DNA of 64,000 nt, from positions 62,001-126,000 of IMG/VR virus record IMGVR_UViG_3300005056_000001; one strand, given 5' to 3'. Under the pieces are notes generated by a model. It did no database searches and was not told where the DNA came from. It saw only the letters and a program-made list of their open reading frames with translations. Positions 1 through 9,558 of this stretch are shown piece after piece; the stretch's first letter is position 1; every line of letters begins with the position of its first letter. A program made the translations under genes and the position numbers.

Positions 1-1328
1 ATAGACTCACTTTGGGTCATTTCTGAAAATGGTGTTGTTATCTTTTTATTCTCTGCGATCTTGCGTGTGATCAGTTTATTGTATGGGTGGTCAAGATCTT
101 TTGTCGGTATAAGGTTGGTACCCAACACCAAGTCGCTAAGGGAATACTTTTTCTTTTGTGCCTTTGGGGCCTTACCCTTGACAACAAAGCCATGACGGTG
201 TTTTACGACTCTTAGAGTCTTGTTGGCCGCCTTTTTATTTTGGGTCTTAACAATTCTTTTTAGATAGGCAAGAACCTTGTTTTCGGTAAGCATTTTCTTG
301 CTCCATTCGCTGTCCTCCATGCCCATTGGCTTGGTCTGTGTATTGAATTTTTCGATATACGAAATCGCACTGTCCAACTTGGCAGATATTTCGCCGTGTT
401 GCTTGATTTCAAAAAGGTATTTCTTGACTCTAAACCCAAAATCATCATTTGTTAGCGACTTGTTAAACTCAAGACGTAACGCCGATTTAATATTGTGGCG
501 CAATGCCAATTTCTTGGAAATTTCTGATTTTGTGCTAACACTATTCGTGTAAGGAACATCCTTGAGATGTTCGGACTTTTTTTGAAGATAGATAACCTTG
601 GTATTATAATTCTTTACCCCCAAGGCACCAAAGGCATCATTTGTCAGTTGATATTGACCCACGAAATTAAACATCCTGTCTAGGTCATTTATTTGAGACT
701 TATAATACATCTCGTCGCCAAGGTACGAAGTCGGAACAATGGCCGCCACAACCCCGCCATTTTTTAACATCTTGGCACACATTTTAAAAAACAGTGCATG
801 GCTTCTGACATGCGTGTTTGTTTCGGTGTCGAACCACTCAAGACTAAAAGGAGGATTGCCCAACACGACATCAAACTTATTTTCGATGGTATTGTTTGGC
901 AGACTTGCCTCGGTAAAGTCTGCATCAGGATACAGACGGTTGGCAACCTGCACAGACTTTGGACAAATATCCATCCCATGAAAAACGGATTCGTTAGGCA
1001 CAAAATTACAAAACACACCCATTCCACATGTCGGATCCACAATCAATTCGTTTGAGGCAAGACCCACGATATCCACAATATCACTTGCAATCATGGCAGG
1101 TGTATAAAATTGGCCATTCTCGACCTCCTTTTTTGCTGCCGAGTACTCATAGTAATTACGATAGTCTTTAAATTCTAAACCATGCAACCCTCCATCACCC
1201 GTATAGGCATTAAAAATTTGCTCATTGCTAATGGCAGCGGAATCCAATTGGATTGCCATTAAGATCTTACTATTGACCGTTTTGCGGTGGTCTTGTGGTA
1301 TTGTATCGGTAAGGATATTGTATTTCAT
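1..1328 (-). CDS. N6-adenine DNA methyltransferase, large protein running off the left edge (probably a methylase-helicase fusion)
   Basis: Absent from the ORF track because it has no stop in the window. ATG at 1326-1328. My translation: MKYNILTDTIPQDHRK..NAYTGDGGLHGLEFKDY..ENGQFYTP..DPTCGMG (motif I)..DVVLGNPPF (motif IV). The helicase part is inferred from recalled family architecture and is not seen here. Confidence 0.85.
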   Translation of the reverse strand, partial: MKYNILTDTIPQDHRKTVNSKILMAIQLDSAAISNEQIFNAYTGDGGLHGLEFKDYRNYYEYSAAKKEVENGQFYTPAMIASDIVDIVGLASNELIVDPTCGMGVFCNFVPNESVFHGMDICPKSVQVANRLYPDADFTEASLPNNTIENKFDVVLGNPPFSLEWFDTETNTHVRSHALFFKMCAKMLKNGGVVAAIVPTSYLGDEMYYKSQINDLDRMFNFVGQYQLTNDAFGALGVKNYNTKVIYLQKKSEHLKDVPYTNSVSTKSEISKKLALRHNIKSALRLEFNKSLTNDDFGFRVKKYLFEIKQHGEISAKLDSAISYIEKFNTQTKPMGMEDSEWSKKMLTENKVLAYLKRIVKTQNKKAANKTLRVVKHRHGFVVKGKAPKAQKKKYSLSDLVLGTNLIPTKDLDHPYNKLITRKIAENKKITTPFSEMTQSES

Positions 1329-1427
1329 GCTATCTGTTTGTTTTTATGATAATGCTAAGGTAGTAATTTTTGGATAGGTGCAAGTGTATTTGGTTATTTT
1401 AACAAAATATTAACACTTGGGATGTGT

Positions 1428-2069
1428 TTAAACGTTTCGAGTTCCGCAATCCTTAACGATAAACCTGTCAACACCCCATAGCTTTGTAAGATGTTTTTTG
1501 AGCATACTCACATTTTTAATTCGATGGCCAATCGTCCATGTCTTTCGTTCACCATTGTAGTCTGCAAAATACTTTGTACAGGTGCTACGTGTTGAACTGT
1601 AAGGTTTTGATTTCCACGACTCACGTATTTTGTACAACACAAGACTTCCATCAAGACTTTCGAATTTTAAATAATTTTTTGCCTCTACATTACCATTTTC
1701 TGCACGTTTTCTGAATTCATTCATAAACATAAGTCTTGAATTCTTTAACGTCCCAAACATAGCAGCAATAAGTTCTATATTTGTCATGTCTCTCACATCT
1801 TCCTTCTGTACAGTGTAATACTTGTATAGTCTATGCTCATTGTCTTCTACCTTGTCAACGTTGTCTACCGAAATTGGGTTACCACGTTCCATCGAAACCA
1901 AAACTAAGCGTGATTCGATTTCCTTGAACGTTTCAAAAAGAATATTTTTATTGCTCCATATTTCAGAAAGACTATCAACAAACTTACATACTTTTCTTAC
2001 TCTACCATCAACCAATGCTGATATTAAAAGAACGTAACCCACAGCCTCCAATATTTCTTGTTTTATCAT
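1428..2069 (-). CDS. hypothetical protein (213 aa)
   Basis: Long ORF co-oriented with neighbours; no recognised motif. Confidence 0.7.
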   Translation of the reverse strand: MIKQEILEAVGYVLLISALVDGRVRKVCKFVDSLSEIWSNKNILFETFKEIESRLVLVSMERGNPISVDNVDKVEDNEHRLYKYYTVQKEDVRDMTNIELIAAMFGTLKNSRLMFMNEFRKRAENGNVEAKNYLKFESLDGSLVLYKIRESWKSKPYSSTRSTCTKYFADYNGERKTWTIGHRIKNVSMLKKHLTKLWGVDRFIVKDCGTRNV

Positions 2070-2270
2070 TTCAATTTTTCTGCTTTAAACAAATTATCCT
2101 TCTTCCATACCATTAATATTTCATCAACAGTCCCTCTCTTGTGTTTTTCGGTGTTGTATGGTATTAGCTTTGGACTCCCTGCACCAAAAAAAATTGTCTC
2201 GAAGGAAATTCCCAAAATCTGAAACCAATAATAAAACCTCTTCTTCTGTGTATGAATCTTTGCCTTTCAT
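2066..2270 (-). pseudogene. small ORF apparently frameshifted at an A8/T8 tract
   Basis: ATG at 2268-2270 follows a promoter module. Removing one base of the A8 run (2186-2193) gives a 67-aa ORF (MKGKDSYTEEEVLLL..FKAEKLK) whose TGA overlaps the ATG at 2069. Confidence 0.45.
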
Positions 2271-2410
2271 TGTGATATGTTTTATATTCTGTTTTGTGAT
2301 AGCATAAAGATATTGAAAACAGTCCGAAATAAAAGAGTATTAAAAATTTTAACAAAATATTAACACTTGGTATAAAGATATATCCTCTTGTAACTAGCCC
2401 ACCCATACGA

Positions 2411-3022
2411 TCACAGGGTTGCTTTGTTCTTCTGAGAGTCAATAAAATCCTTGCTACTCATCCACCCACAATGCTCCATAGAATAAACCTCATCAACAGA
2501 CTCGATCAAAGGAAGACAGTGTGTGGCTATAAATAGTTGTGTGTTTGAATTAATGGCGGTATCAATCGACTTAATCAATTCGTATTGATTTCTCAAAGAC
2601 ATGGCTGATTCGGGTTCGTCAAAAAATGCAATGCAGTCTTTGAGCCTCCCAATGCCATTTACGGTAAATTCCTGAAGACATTCTCCGTGTGACATAAAAC
2701 GGGCACCAAGTGCGGCACCAACCCCAATACCAACACTTTGACCCAACGGATTTGAATAATTCTGCACATCCGCCATTCGTGGATTGTCTTTCTCGGCGTC
2801 AAAATAAAACATATCCACACCAACCGCATTTTCTGTTGAGGCAAATTGTAAAAACTTGGTGTTGTTGATATGTCCATTATCTCGAAGTAGGTGTAGAAGA
2901 CTTGACTTTCCACAGCCTTGGTCACCCACGATAAGGTTCAATTCTTTACAGTCGATTTCTAGGCCCTGTGTGAGGTTTCCGTGGTGGTTTTCTAGTAGTG
3001 TAATTCTTTTAATGTAGATCAT
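2411..3022 (-). CDS. ABC/AAA-type ATPase (COG3910-like)
   Basis: Walker A GDQGCGKS, signature-like MSHGE, Walker B FFDEPE, H-loop IATH. Confidence 0.85.
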   Translation of the reverse strand: MIYIKRITLLENHHGNLTQGLEIDCKELNLIVGDQGCGKSSLLHLLRDNGHINNTKFLQFASTENAVGVDMFYFDAEKDNPRMADVQNYSNPLGQSVGIGVGAALGARFMSHGECLQEFTVNGIGRLKDCIAFFDEPESAMSLRNQYELIKSIDTAINSNTQLFIATHCLPLIESVDEVYSMEHCGWMSSKDFIDSQKNKATL

Positions 3023-3044
3023 GTTTTGTTGTGTTGGTAATTGG

Positions 3045-3911
3045 TTATAGGTTAATTTTAGCTGTTGGGTGTGTTGGTTTTGTGGTTAGGTTGTTGTTGC
3101 TTAATTCTACAAGTTTCAACTTTGTCAGATATTGAATGTTTGGTGGCTTTGTTAATTGGTTGTTATTCAGGAATAACCATTCCAATTTTGCTAAACCTTT
3201 AAGTATTGGAGGATCCGTAAGTTGGTTATTATTCAGGTCTAACCAATCCAAGTTGGCCAAGTAGTTGAGGTTTGGCAGGGTCGTTAGTTGGTTATTTCCT
3301 AAGTCTATACGCTCCAAGCTGACCAACGAATCTAGGTTTGGTGGTGTATTTAGTTGATTGCGGTTCAAGTATAGCGACTTTAATTTGGTTAAATCTTTAA
3401 GATTCGGTGGTTTGGTTAATCGGTTATTATTCAAATTTACATACACCAACTTAGCCAAACCATTAAGATTTGGTGGGGTTGTTAATTGATTATTCTCTAA
3501 TTCTAAAAGGTTCAAATTTATTAATGAATCAATATTCGGTGGGGCTGTTAGTTGTGTACAACTCAAATCTAGATACTCCAAATTAACTAGACCATCAAGA
3601 TTGGGCGGTTTTGTTAGATGGATGTTATTTATATGCAAAACAGTCAAGTTAATCAAACCGTCAAATATTGGTGGGGCTGTTATCTTGGTGTTATTTATAC
3701 ACACTCGCTTTAATTTAAACACCTGCTCAACCTTGGAAAATAATTCGTCTGTGTATTTAACCTCGCCATGCATTAGTAGGAATTGATATGTATTAATTAT
3801 GTCAGGAAATACACTTAGTACATTCACATTCCCGTTACGAATTTCAATCATTGCAATATCAACATTTTCGACACCAATTGTCGAAAGTAACCGTTTTATT
3901 TTATTCTTCAT
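3045..3911 (-). CDS. LRR protein, family A (22-aa modules; 10 modules)
   Basis: N-cap IKRLLST..NIDIAM..RNGNVNVLSVFP; LxxLxLxxNQLTTPPxL repeats; C-cap THPTAKINL. Confidence 0.95.
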   Translation of the reverse strand: MKNKIKRLLSTIGVENVDIAMIEIRNGNVNVLSVFPDIINTYQFLLMHGEVKYTDELFSKVEQVFKLKRVCINNTKITAPPIFDGLINLTVLHINNIHLTKPPNLDGLVNLEYLDLSCTQLTAPPNIDSLINLNLLELENNQLTTPPNLNGLAKLVYVNLNNNRLTKPPNLKDLTKLKSLYLNRNQLNTPPNLDSLVSLERIDLGNNQLTTLPNLNYLANLDWLDLNNNQLTDPPILKGLAKLEWLFLNNNQLTKPPNIQYLTKLKLVELSNNNLTTKPTHPTAKINL

Positions 3912-3963
3912 TTCTGTCTTGTTATATAGTGATGGTATGTCACCGTGGATTAAATTGTCATGC

Positions 3964-4986
3964 TTAGATGTTAATTTTTGCTGTTGGGTGTGTTAGCTGT
4001 ATTTTTAGGTGTGTTAGGTTTGGTGTTAGGCTGTTGTTCTCTAAACCTAAAAACTCTAGATTAGCCAAACTATCAACGTTTGGCGGAGTCGTTAATTGAT
4101 TGCCGTCTAGATATAACCACTTTAAACTTACCAATCCTTCAAGTATTGGTGGCGCAGTTAATTGATTGTCGTCTAAGTGCAAATGTCTTAACATGACCAA
4201 GCCTTCAAGTATCGGTGAAATTGTTAGTCTATTGTGGTTCAGGAATAACCGATCCAACTTTATCAAACCTTCAAGTATTGGTGGGTGATTCAGCTTGTTG
4301 TCCTCTAAATCCAACCTCTCCAAATTGACTAGACCATCAAGTATCGGTGGACGGCTCAAACTGTTGGTTGTTAAATCCAAACGCTTCAACTGTATCAAAC
4401 CTCCAAGTATTGGAGGTTCTATTAGTCGATTGTAGCTCAGATCTAAAGCCTCTAACCTGTACAATCCATTAAGAACAGGCGGGAGTGTTAGTTTGTTGTG
4501 GTTAATGTACACATGCTCTAGATTGACCAACCCCCCAAGAATGGGCGGTGTCGTTAATTTGTTGTTGGTCAAGCTTAATTTCTTCAGCTTGACCAAGCCC
4601 TCGAGGCTTGGTGGTGTAGTTAATCTGTTGTTGCTTAACACCAACCTCTTTAGGTTTACCAAACCGTTAAGAATAGGCGATGTCGATGAGGTTAGTTTAT
4701 TGTTGCTCAGATATAACTGTTCCAAATTAACCAATCCATCAAGAATTACTATGTGCTTTAGGTTGTTGTTTAAGTATAAACGCTTCAGTCTGAAAACTTG
4801 CTCAATCTTACAAAATATATCATCCGTGGCTTTAACCTTGTCATTACACAGTAGGAATTTATAGGTGTCGAGTATGTTCGGAAACACACTCAACACATCC
4901 ACGTTCCCGTTGCGAAAATTAGCCATTGCAAGATCTATATTTACATCGTCGCCTGATACTAGGAGTTGTTTTATTTTATTGTTCAT
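3964..4986 (-). CDS. LRR protein, family A (12 modules)
   Basis: Start reset to the ATG at 4986 (MNNKIKQLL), just after the upstream stop; same caps; ends THPTAKINI. Confidence 0.95.
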   Translation of the reverse strand: MNNKIKQLLVSGDDVNIDLAMANFRNGNVDVLSVFPNILDTYKFLLCNDKVKATDDIFCKIEQVFRLKRLYLNNNLKHIVILDGLVNLEQLYLSNNKLTSSTSPILNGLVNLKRLVLSNNRLTTPPSLEGLVKLKKLSLTNNKLTTPPILGGLVNLEHVYINHNKLTLPPVLNGLYRLEALDLSYNRLIEPPILGGLIQLKRLDLTTNSLSRPPILDGLVNLERLDLEDNKLNHPPILEGLIKLDRLFLNHNRLTISPILEGLVMLRHLHLDDNQLTAPPILEGLVSLKWLYLDGNQLTTPPNVDSLANLEFLGLENNSLTPNLTHLKIQLTHPTAKINI

Positions 4987-4990
4987 TCTT

Positions 4991-5845
4991 TTAATCTTCC
5001 TTAAGGCTATACAAATCAAAAAATTTCACAAAATCAGCACAGTCCTCATTCGTTTTAAATTTTATTTCGGCTCCATTATTCGAGGCAAAAAATCGAATCG
5101 ACTTGACACAACTCTCCTTGTTTTCTAGCTTATAGGTCTGTATTACCATACTATCCCCGCTATTTTTTGGAATATCGGCATATAGTTCCGATATCACAGG
5201 AATCCCTGTCTCATACAGACTCAAGGCCCTAAGCAAGGCACGCAGTCTCCAACAACCGCTACTCTCTAGGGTGCTTTGATAAGTCCAAAGAGAATAAAGC
5301 CATACATCGGTTTTCAATGATTTACCTTTGATGTTCATTCTTTTTTGACTGTGTAAGACAGACTTTAAGTCTTCCTTGCACTTATGTACGCCGCTATCAA
5401 AAAGACCTTGTCCGTTTAATTGTTGGACATACACAGGAAGCAATTCGGTGGACAGATCCCTCATATTCACAAGCGTTGACTTTGTGTCACTGTCAATATT
5501 TAAATCAAGGTTATACGCATGGTTTAAGTATCTTGTGTATCTGTCAATGATGTCATAGACACGACACATGTGTATAATTTCCAAACGCTCGGACAGTTTA
5601 GAAAAATTATATTCCAAGACATCCTCCCTGTCGGAAACATCGTCACCCTTGATCCAAAATTTTTCGGGCGGGCAATTGTACTTGTGGAGCTCCATTAGTT
5701 GGTCAATATACTTTCTGTGGGCATCATTGGACTCGTTCAGCCCGTCCAAGTCGGCCTGAAGAATTGCCAAATATTCACGGTCTGACTTTGAGAAAATTGA
5801 TTTTTCTTCTAATTCAACATTTAAGATGTCGTTTAATAATGTCAT
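4991..5845 (-). CDS. hypothetical protein (284 aa)
   Basis: Long ORF. The C-terminus SIRFFASNNGAEIKF..DCADFVKFF resembles ends of proteins I recall beside methylase-helicase genes (unverified). Confidence 0.7.
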   Translation of the reverse strand: MTLLNDILNVELEEKSIFSKSDREYLAILQADLDGLNESNDAHRKYIDQLMELHKYNCPPEKFWIKGDDVSDREDVLEYNFSKLSERLEIIHMCRVYDIIDRYTRYLNHAYNLDLNIDSDTKSTLVNMRDLSTELLPVYVQQLNGQGLFDSGVHKCKEDLKSVLHSQKRMNIKGKSLKTDVWLYSLWTYQSTLESSGCWRLRALLRALSLYETGIPVISELYADIPKNSGDSMVIQTYKLENKESCVKSIRFFASNNGAEIKFKTNEDCADFVKFFDLYSLKED

Positions 5846-6216
5846 TATTTTTTGTTTTGTGTTGATTCGAAATATGCCATATAAACCGCCTCTTGTTCTC
5901 TGAACGAGGAGTCTTTTAATTTATGGAAAAAGTTTTGGACACGTGTTTCGTGTTGGTTCCGTTTCCATGCCTCGATCTCGGTGTCAGATTCTAGCCTATA
6001 GAATGTTGGGTGCCATCCGTCGCCTCCAATTTGTTTGAATGTGATGGTGTTTTTATGCTCGGTGGGCGTTTCTATACGGTTTATTCTCTCGCCTGCCTTT
6101 GTGATTGCCTGAGTTTTGGTGACACGGTCAATTACATGCTTTTTGATGAATCCGCTTTTTGTTGTTTCGTAAAGAACCTCTCCAAGTTCTAGTATATGTC
6201 TCTTGATTGTGGGCAT
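5845..6216 (-). CDS. hypothetical protein (123 aa)
   Basis: ORF downstream of the promoter repeat; stop overlaps the next start. Confidence 0.75.
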   Translation of the reverse strand: MPTIKRHILELGEVLYETTKSGFIKKHVIDRVTKTQAITKAGERINRIETPTEHKNTITFKQIGGDGWHPTFYRLESDTEIEAWKRNQHETRVQNFFHKLKDSSFREQEAVYMAYFESTQNKK

Positions 6217-6235
6217 TATATGATTTTATATTAAT

Positions 6236-6381
6236 TTGATAGCACTAAGGTATGGAATAACATTCAAAAAACAAAATCGTTTTGTGGGAAATGTTGGTTT
6301 TAACGTTTTGTTAACGTTTTTTTGGTGGCTTTAGAGGGCTTTGTTGTGAACCCATCTTATTCCTTGATGGTGTATTGTGGG
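6236..6381 (-). repeat. about 145-bp direct repeat, copy 1 (promoter module)
   Basis: Near-identical to 6885-7029; contains TTAACGTTTTGTTAAC and, on the minus strand, TACCTTAGTGCTATCA. Confidence 0.95.
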
Positions 6382-6457
6382 GTTGTGCATGGTTTTTTGT
6401 TATGGAGAGTTGACATCCGACGAGATCTAGTCTTGGTTTTGATGTATTAGTCGGTAG

Positions 6458-6865
6458 CTAAAAATTGATATAAAATCCTCCTATAGTTTGGATATGCATA
6501 TCGCCTGAACAGCTAGAATTAAGGTAGTAGCCCTCGGACAGCAGTTCGTTAAAGTAGTCCGTATCCAATGTCTCACCGTCAATAAGTTCCAATAGCTCTA
6601 GTAGTTCCTCTTCGGTTTCTCTTATAATATAGTGTGTATCGTCCCCTGATTCAAACGTCGCCTGAAAACCTTCCCTACTCCATGTTTTAGAATACCCCAA
6701 GTAGGTTATAATTAAATCTTTTTCGGCGGTCTCTGTCTTGAAATCTCTCTGAAATCTCCTAATGTCACATCCCGAAAGGTTTTCATAATTAACCATTTTC
6801 ATATTAGTTTTATGGTCTAACCAAGTATTCCTGTAGTTTTTAAGAGTTGTTTTTATTGTAGTCAT
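6458..6865 (-). CDS. hypothetical protein (135 aa) flanked by direct repeats
   Basis: ORF bracketed by the two 145-bp repeats. Confidence 0.75.
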   Translation of the reverse strand: MTTIKTTLKNYRNTWLDHKTNMKMVNYENLSGCDIRRFQRDFKTETAEKDLIITYLGYSKTWSREGFQATFESGDDTHYIIRETEEELLELLELIDGETLDTDYFNELLSEGYYLNSSCSGDMHIQTIGGFYINF

Positions 6866-6884
6866 TATCTTGATTTATGATTAG

Positions 6885-7029
6885 TTGATAGCACTAAGGT
6901 ATGGAATAACATTAAATAAACAAAATCGTTTTGTGGAAAATATTGGCTTTAACGTTTTGTTAACGTTTTTGGTGGGTGGCTTTAGAGGGCTTTGTTGTGA
7001 ACACATCTTCCTTGATGGTGTATTGTGGG
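6885..7029 (-). repeat. about 145-bp direct repeat, copy 2 (promoter module)
   Basis: Near-identical to 6236-6381. Confidence 0.95.
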
Positions 7030-7030
7030 T

Positions 7031-7972
7031 TTAAATGACGATCTCTGCCGTGGGATGTGTTGGTGGGATGGTTAATTGGTTGTTTTTCAAGTTTAAATAC
7101 CTCAACTTAACCAACCCATCAAGATTGGGAGATGTTGCTAACAGATTGTTTTTTAAATCTATAAACTCCAAGTTGATTAGCGAATCAAGGTTTGGGGGAG
7201 AACTTAATTTGTTGTTTCTCAAAAATAACATCTCCAACTTAACCAAGTCTTCAAGATTCGGTGGGGTCGTTAGTTGGTTGACTCCCAAATTCAAACGCTC
7301 CAAGGTAACCAAACCGTTTAGTGTTGGTGTTTTGGTTAGTTGGTTATGGCTAAGGTATAAAATCTTTAAATTTACCAACCCTGAAGTGTTCGGGGTAATC
7401 GTCAATTGGTTATTGTCCAAGTTTAAATATTCCAACTTAACCAATCCTTCAAGATTTGGTGGGGCTGTCAGTTGATTAATCTTCAAGTTTAAATATTCCA
7501 AGTTTATCAAGCCTTCAAGTATTGGCGGTTTTGTCAAATCATTGTCCTCCAAATTTAAATACTCTAACCGATACAAATTAACCAAACCCTCAAGATTTGG
7601 AGCAATCGTTAATTTATTATTGGTCAAATTTAAAACCCTTAAGCTGACTAGACCTTTTAGTATTGGCGGGGTGGTTAAGTGGTTGTTATACAAAAATAAC
7701 AGCGTCAGGTTCACTAACCCTTCGAGTATTGGCGGGGTTGTTAGTTGCATATTGTCTAAAGATAGTGTTTTTATTTTAAACACCTGCTCAACCTTACAAA
7801 ACAAGTCGTCAGACACATTTACTTTGTTGTGACTTACCAAAAAATCATATGTGTCAAGTATCCTAGGAAAAATACTCAACACATCAACATTCCCGTTACG
7901 AAAATTAGCCATTGCGAGTTCTATGTTTGCATCGTCGCCTGTGGTTAGTAGTTGTTTTATTTGGTTGTGCAT
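7031..7972 (-). CDS. LRR protein, family A (11 modules)
   Basis: MHNQIKQLLTTGDDANIELAMANFRNGNVDVLSIFP cap; 22-aa repeats; ends THPTAEIVI. Confidence 0.95.
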   Translation of the reverse strand: MHNQIKQLLTTGDDANIELAMANFRNGNVDVLSIFPRILDTYDFLVSHNKVNVSDDLFCKVEQVFKIKTLSLDNMQLTTPPILEGLVNLTLLFLYNNHLTTPPILKGLVSLRVLNLTNNKLTIAPNLEGLVNLYRLEYLNLEDNDLTKPPILEGLINLEYLNLKINQLTAPPNLEGLVKLEYLNLDNNQLTITPNTSGLVNLKILYLSHNQLTKTPTLNGLVTLERLNLGVNQLTTPPNLEDLVKLEMLFLRNNKLSSPPNLDSLINLEFIDLKNNLLATSPNLDGLVKLRYLNLKNNQLTIPPTHPTAEIVI

Positions 7973-8001
7973 TGTTTTTTGTTGTTTTGTGTCGCCGTGG
8001 A

Positions 8002-9000
8002 TTAAATATCAATATGTGCCGTAGGGTGTGTTGGTGTACTTGTTAGTTGGTTGTTCTCTAAATCTAAACGATCCAAATTAACTAAAGTATCAATGATTGG
8101 TGATGTCGTCAGTCGGTTGTTGTATAAGTACAAAGCTCTTAGATTGGTCAATAATTTAAGATTAGGTGGTGTAGTTAATTGGTTATCGCCCAAATCCAAC
8201 CACATCAACCCTACCAAACCTTCAATAATTGTTGTGTTGGTTAATCGGTTACAATTCAAATACAAACAAGTCAAGTTAATTACCCCCCTAAGATCAGGAG
8301 AGCTCGTCAATACGTTACTGCTCAAATCTAACCACACTAGGTTAACCAATCCTTCAAGAATTAGTGGTGTCGTCAGTCGGTTCTCGCTCAAATCCAAACG
8401 CTTCAATTTTGCTAAATTCATAAGCTTTGGTGGTGTCGTTAATCGGTTTCTGCCTAGGGTTAAACGCTCCAAATTCACTAACGTATTAAGTGTTGGTGAA
8501 TCTGTTAGTTTGTTACTGCCTAAGTTTAAACCCTTTAAATTAACCAATCCATCAACTATTGGCGGATTAGTCAGTTGGTTATTGGTCAAATATAGAACCT
8601 CTAACCTTACCAACTTATCAAGAATCGGCGAAGTGGTTAACTTGTTATTATTCAAGTATAACCGCTTTAAATTAACCAACCCTTCAAGTATTGGCGGATT
8701 CGTTAATTGGTTCTTCCCCAAGTCCAAAACCTCCAAATTAATCAATCCCTCAAGTATTGGCGGACTAGTTAGTCGGTTACTAACTAAACTTAATCGTTTC
8801 AATCTAAAAACCTGCTCAACCTTAGAAAATAAGTCATCCGTGGATTTTACCTTGGCGTGCCATAGCAAGAATTTATACGTGTCAAATATCCTAGGAAAAA
8901 TACTCAACACATCAACATTCCCATTACGAAAATTAGCCATTGCGAGTTCTATGTTTACATCGTCGCCCGTGGTTAGTAGTTGTTTTATTTGGTTGTGCAT
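8002..9000 (-). CDS. LRR protein, family A (12 modules)
   Basis: First ~125 nt nearly identical to those of the 7031-7972 gene; ends THPTAHIDI. Confidence 0.95.
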   Translation of the reverse strand: MHNQIKQLLTTGDDVNIELAMANFRNGNVDVLSIFPRIFDTYKFLLWHAKVKSTDDLFSKVEQVFRLKRLSLVSNRLTSPPILEGLINLEVLDLGKNQLTNPPILEGLVNLKRLYLNNNKLTTSPILDKLVRLEVLYLTNNQLTNPPIVDGLVNLKGLNLGSNKLTDSPTLNTLVNLERLTLGRNRLTTPPKLMNLAKLKRLDLSENRLTTPLILEGLVNLVWLDLSSNVLTSSPDLRGVINLTCLYLNCNRLTNTTIIEGLVGLMWLDLGDNQLTTPPNLKLLTNLRALYLYNNRLTTSPIIDTLVNLDRLDLENNQLTSTPTHPTAHIDI

Positions 9001-9022
9001 TGTTTTTATTATTTTTGATTTG

Positions 9023-9063
9023 AGGCCCTAGAACACAAGACTCGTTAATGTGTTCTAGGGCCT
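9023..9063. other. perfect 15-bp inverted repeat (11-nt loop)
   Basis: AGGCCCTAGAACACA (9023-9037) / TGTGTTCTAGGGCCT (9049-9063); no U-tract on either strand. Confidence 0.85.
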
Positions 9064-9067
9064 GTGT

Positions 9068-9556
9068 CTATTCGGTGTCTTCAAAAAGTCTTAGATCTTT
9101 TGACTGTACAAGATATTTTAGATCTTTTATCTGTACAAGATGTGGCACATTACCTTTAAGCACAACACATGTCTTGTCAGTCATGAATTTAACAACACAA
9201 ACAGAACCTAATTTCAGCGTGTGAGGTTTCGAACCACTTTCGAAATTGCTATTCCCAATCACCACAACACTATTCCCAATCTCAATCCTCGGAACAACGG
9301 AAACAACGGGAATATTCCCAATAACATCCCCAACACAATCAACCTCCTCAATCATATACTCCCCACCCGTAAACACGGTCTCAATCGCTTGGAGCTTTTC
9401 GATGTAAATCTCAAGATTTGACATCATTGCAACAAGGGCCTCTTTTTGTGTTGCCCCATATCCTCCGATATGTTCGTTTATGTCGGAGAGGTAGGCCTCA
9501 AATGATTGATGCTTTCCTTTGCCGTCGTTGTGTAGTTTGATTTTTATGTTTTCCAT
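9068..9556 (-). CDS. hypothetical protein (162 aa)
   Basis: ORF in operon; the C-terminal part (GNSVVVIG..GSVCVV) looks KOW/SH3-like. Confidence 0.7.
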   Translation of the reverse strand: MENIKIKLHNDGKGKHQSFEAYLSDINEHIGGYGATQKEALVAMMSNLEIYIEKLQAIETVFTGGEYMIEEVDCVGDVIGNIPVVSVVPRIEIGNSVVVIGNSNFESGSKPHTLKLGSVCVVKFMTDKTCVVLKGNVPHLVQIKDLKYLVQSKDLRLFEDTE

Positions 9557-9558
9557 GT

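Noticed and set aside
2164-2442. 92-aa minus-strand ORF in the track
   Set aside because: It overlaps the ATPase end and runs through a promoter module; the 2066-2270 frameshifted ORF explains the region better.
6236-7029. Insertion sequence or attL/attR pair
   Set aside because: The repeats are direct, contain promoter motifs, and the enclosed ORF has no transposase or integrase features.
7035-9031. Long plus-strand ORFs antisense to LRR genes (e.g. 8051-9031, 7035-7475; likewise 39666-40280 and others)
   Set aside because: They are shadows of the repetitive LRR codons (GGVVNWL-type mirror of NQLTTPP), lack leaders or starts, and fully overlap well-supported genes.
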